DNA from: Kudoa neothunni
Lineage: Eukaryota > Animalia > Cnidaria
Direction: 5' to 3'
Assembly (NCBI GenBank): GCA_964304625.1
Contig: OZ199838.1
Location: 17,144,917-17,154,348, forward strand
Length of the DNA stretch: 9,432 bases
The notes under the pieces: model-generated
What the model was told of the DNA's origin: nothing
Seen by the model: the letters and a program-made list of their open reading frames with translations, nothing else
Databases searched by the model: none
Shown: positions 9,105-9,432 of the stretch, piece by piece
Layout: every line of letters starts with the position of its first letter
How positions within the stretch are numbered: position 1 is the stretch's first letter
Made by a program: the position numbers and the translations under genes

Positions 9105-9142
9105 TTACCTCTAACGACATTGGGGTGTATTTCACATCAGAT
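9105..9142 (+). repeat. Second, more degenerate copy of the piggyBac-type terminus
   Basis: TTACCTCTAACGACATTGGGGTGTATTTCACATCAGAT matches 8934-8968 at 27/35 positions, in the same orientation and 174 nt downstream. Confidence 0.55.
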
Positions 9143-9223
9143 ATTTTGATATATTCAGTTTAAATATTATTATAAAACGCTTGGTAAAATTATATTATAT
9201 TCTAATGAGAGATTTTAGAGGAA

Positions 9224-9400
9224 AATCTTACCATTAACATAGACTAATCCCTAATAATCTTATTCGGGCGGCATTATCATTGCACCGTATATTTACATGG
9301 TTCCTCATGCTTCTCACTTAAGTTTAGTGGGCCTGGACAATATGACATAATTGTGTTAGGCCGAAATCGCATACCTCGAGGTTGCGAGTTCGTGGCCTAG
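9224..9400 (+). ncRNA. U1 snRNA-like sequence (divergent variant or pseudogene)
   Basis: U1 landmarks occur in order and at near-canonical spacing. CTTACC (9227-9232) is the 5' splice-site arm core. The loop AATCCCTAAT (9246-9255) matches the U1-70K loop GATCACGAAG at 6/10. GGGCGGCATTATCATTGCACCG (9266-9287) resembles GGGCGAGGCTTATCCATTGCACTCCG and includes the U1A site ATTGCAC. The hairpin CTCACT..AGTGGG (9313-9331) is SL3-like. CATAATTGTGTTAG (9346-9359) resembles the Sm region CATAATTTGTGGTAG and lies ~125 nt from the inferred 5' end, as in metazoan U1. A strong hairpin follows (9357-9399). The region is locally GC-richer than its flanks. Confidence 0.6.
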
Positions 9401-9432
9401 TCCAGGCGTTCCTGTACTCCTAATCCAAAATT

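Noticed and set aside
9101-9110. AAACTTACCT as the true 5' end of U1
   Set aside because: It overlaps the terminus repeat copy, lacks the following GG, and is ~120 nt too far from the ATTGCAC and Sm motifs.
8904-9149. 81-aa ORF with an internal repeat (NPLITLGC / LPLTTLGC)
   Set aside because: The peptide repeat merely translates the two DNA terminus repeats, so it is better explained as non-coding MITE ends.
9331-9408. Functional tRNA gene, hammerhead ribozyme (TTAGGCCGAAA) or SRP RNA fragment
   Set aside because: The T-stem and anticodon stem do not pair, there is no CUGANGA core for a hammerhead, and the SRP similarity is limited to scattered 5-7-mers. The U1 interpretation explains more motifs.

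Overview
AT-rich eukaryotic genomic DNA, read with the standard code. One large host gene sits among decayed DNA transposons. (1) Left flank: a piggyBac transposase pseudogene (+, ~19-1212) with all three catalytic Asp motifs, an in-frame TAG and frameshifts. It abuts tail-to-tail a far more decayed pogo/Tigger (CENP-B-family) transposase relic (-, ~1215-2222). A possible hAT scrap follows (~2474-2710). (2) Centre: the three ORFs 3204-3602, 3548-5719 and 5722-7023 appear to be one gene. It has a 19-nt first exon (ATG 3138), a 42-nt GT-AG intron (3157-3198) and a long second exon broken by two single-base (-1) frameshifts. The repaired product (~1281 aa) has a signal peptide, a Cys-containing N-terminal region, a long K/E/N-rich helical/coiled-coil ectodomain, one Ala-rich TM helix and a 21-aa Tyr-containing tail. 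This type I surface-protein layout parallels Plasmodium reticulocyte-binding-like adhesins, but homology is not shown. (3) Right flank: a decayed Academ-like transposase relic (-, ~7650-8600), three piggyBac-type terminus motifs (8730-9142) and a divergent U1 snRNA-like sequence (+, ~9224-9400) with an altered 5' splice-site arm and an enlarged 3' hairpin. The short intron, AT richness and transposon set suggest a compact-genome invertebrate or parasite. That is inference, and the taxon cannot be fixed from the sequence. All family calls are by-eye motif recognition, not database searches.
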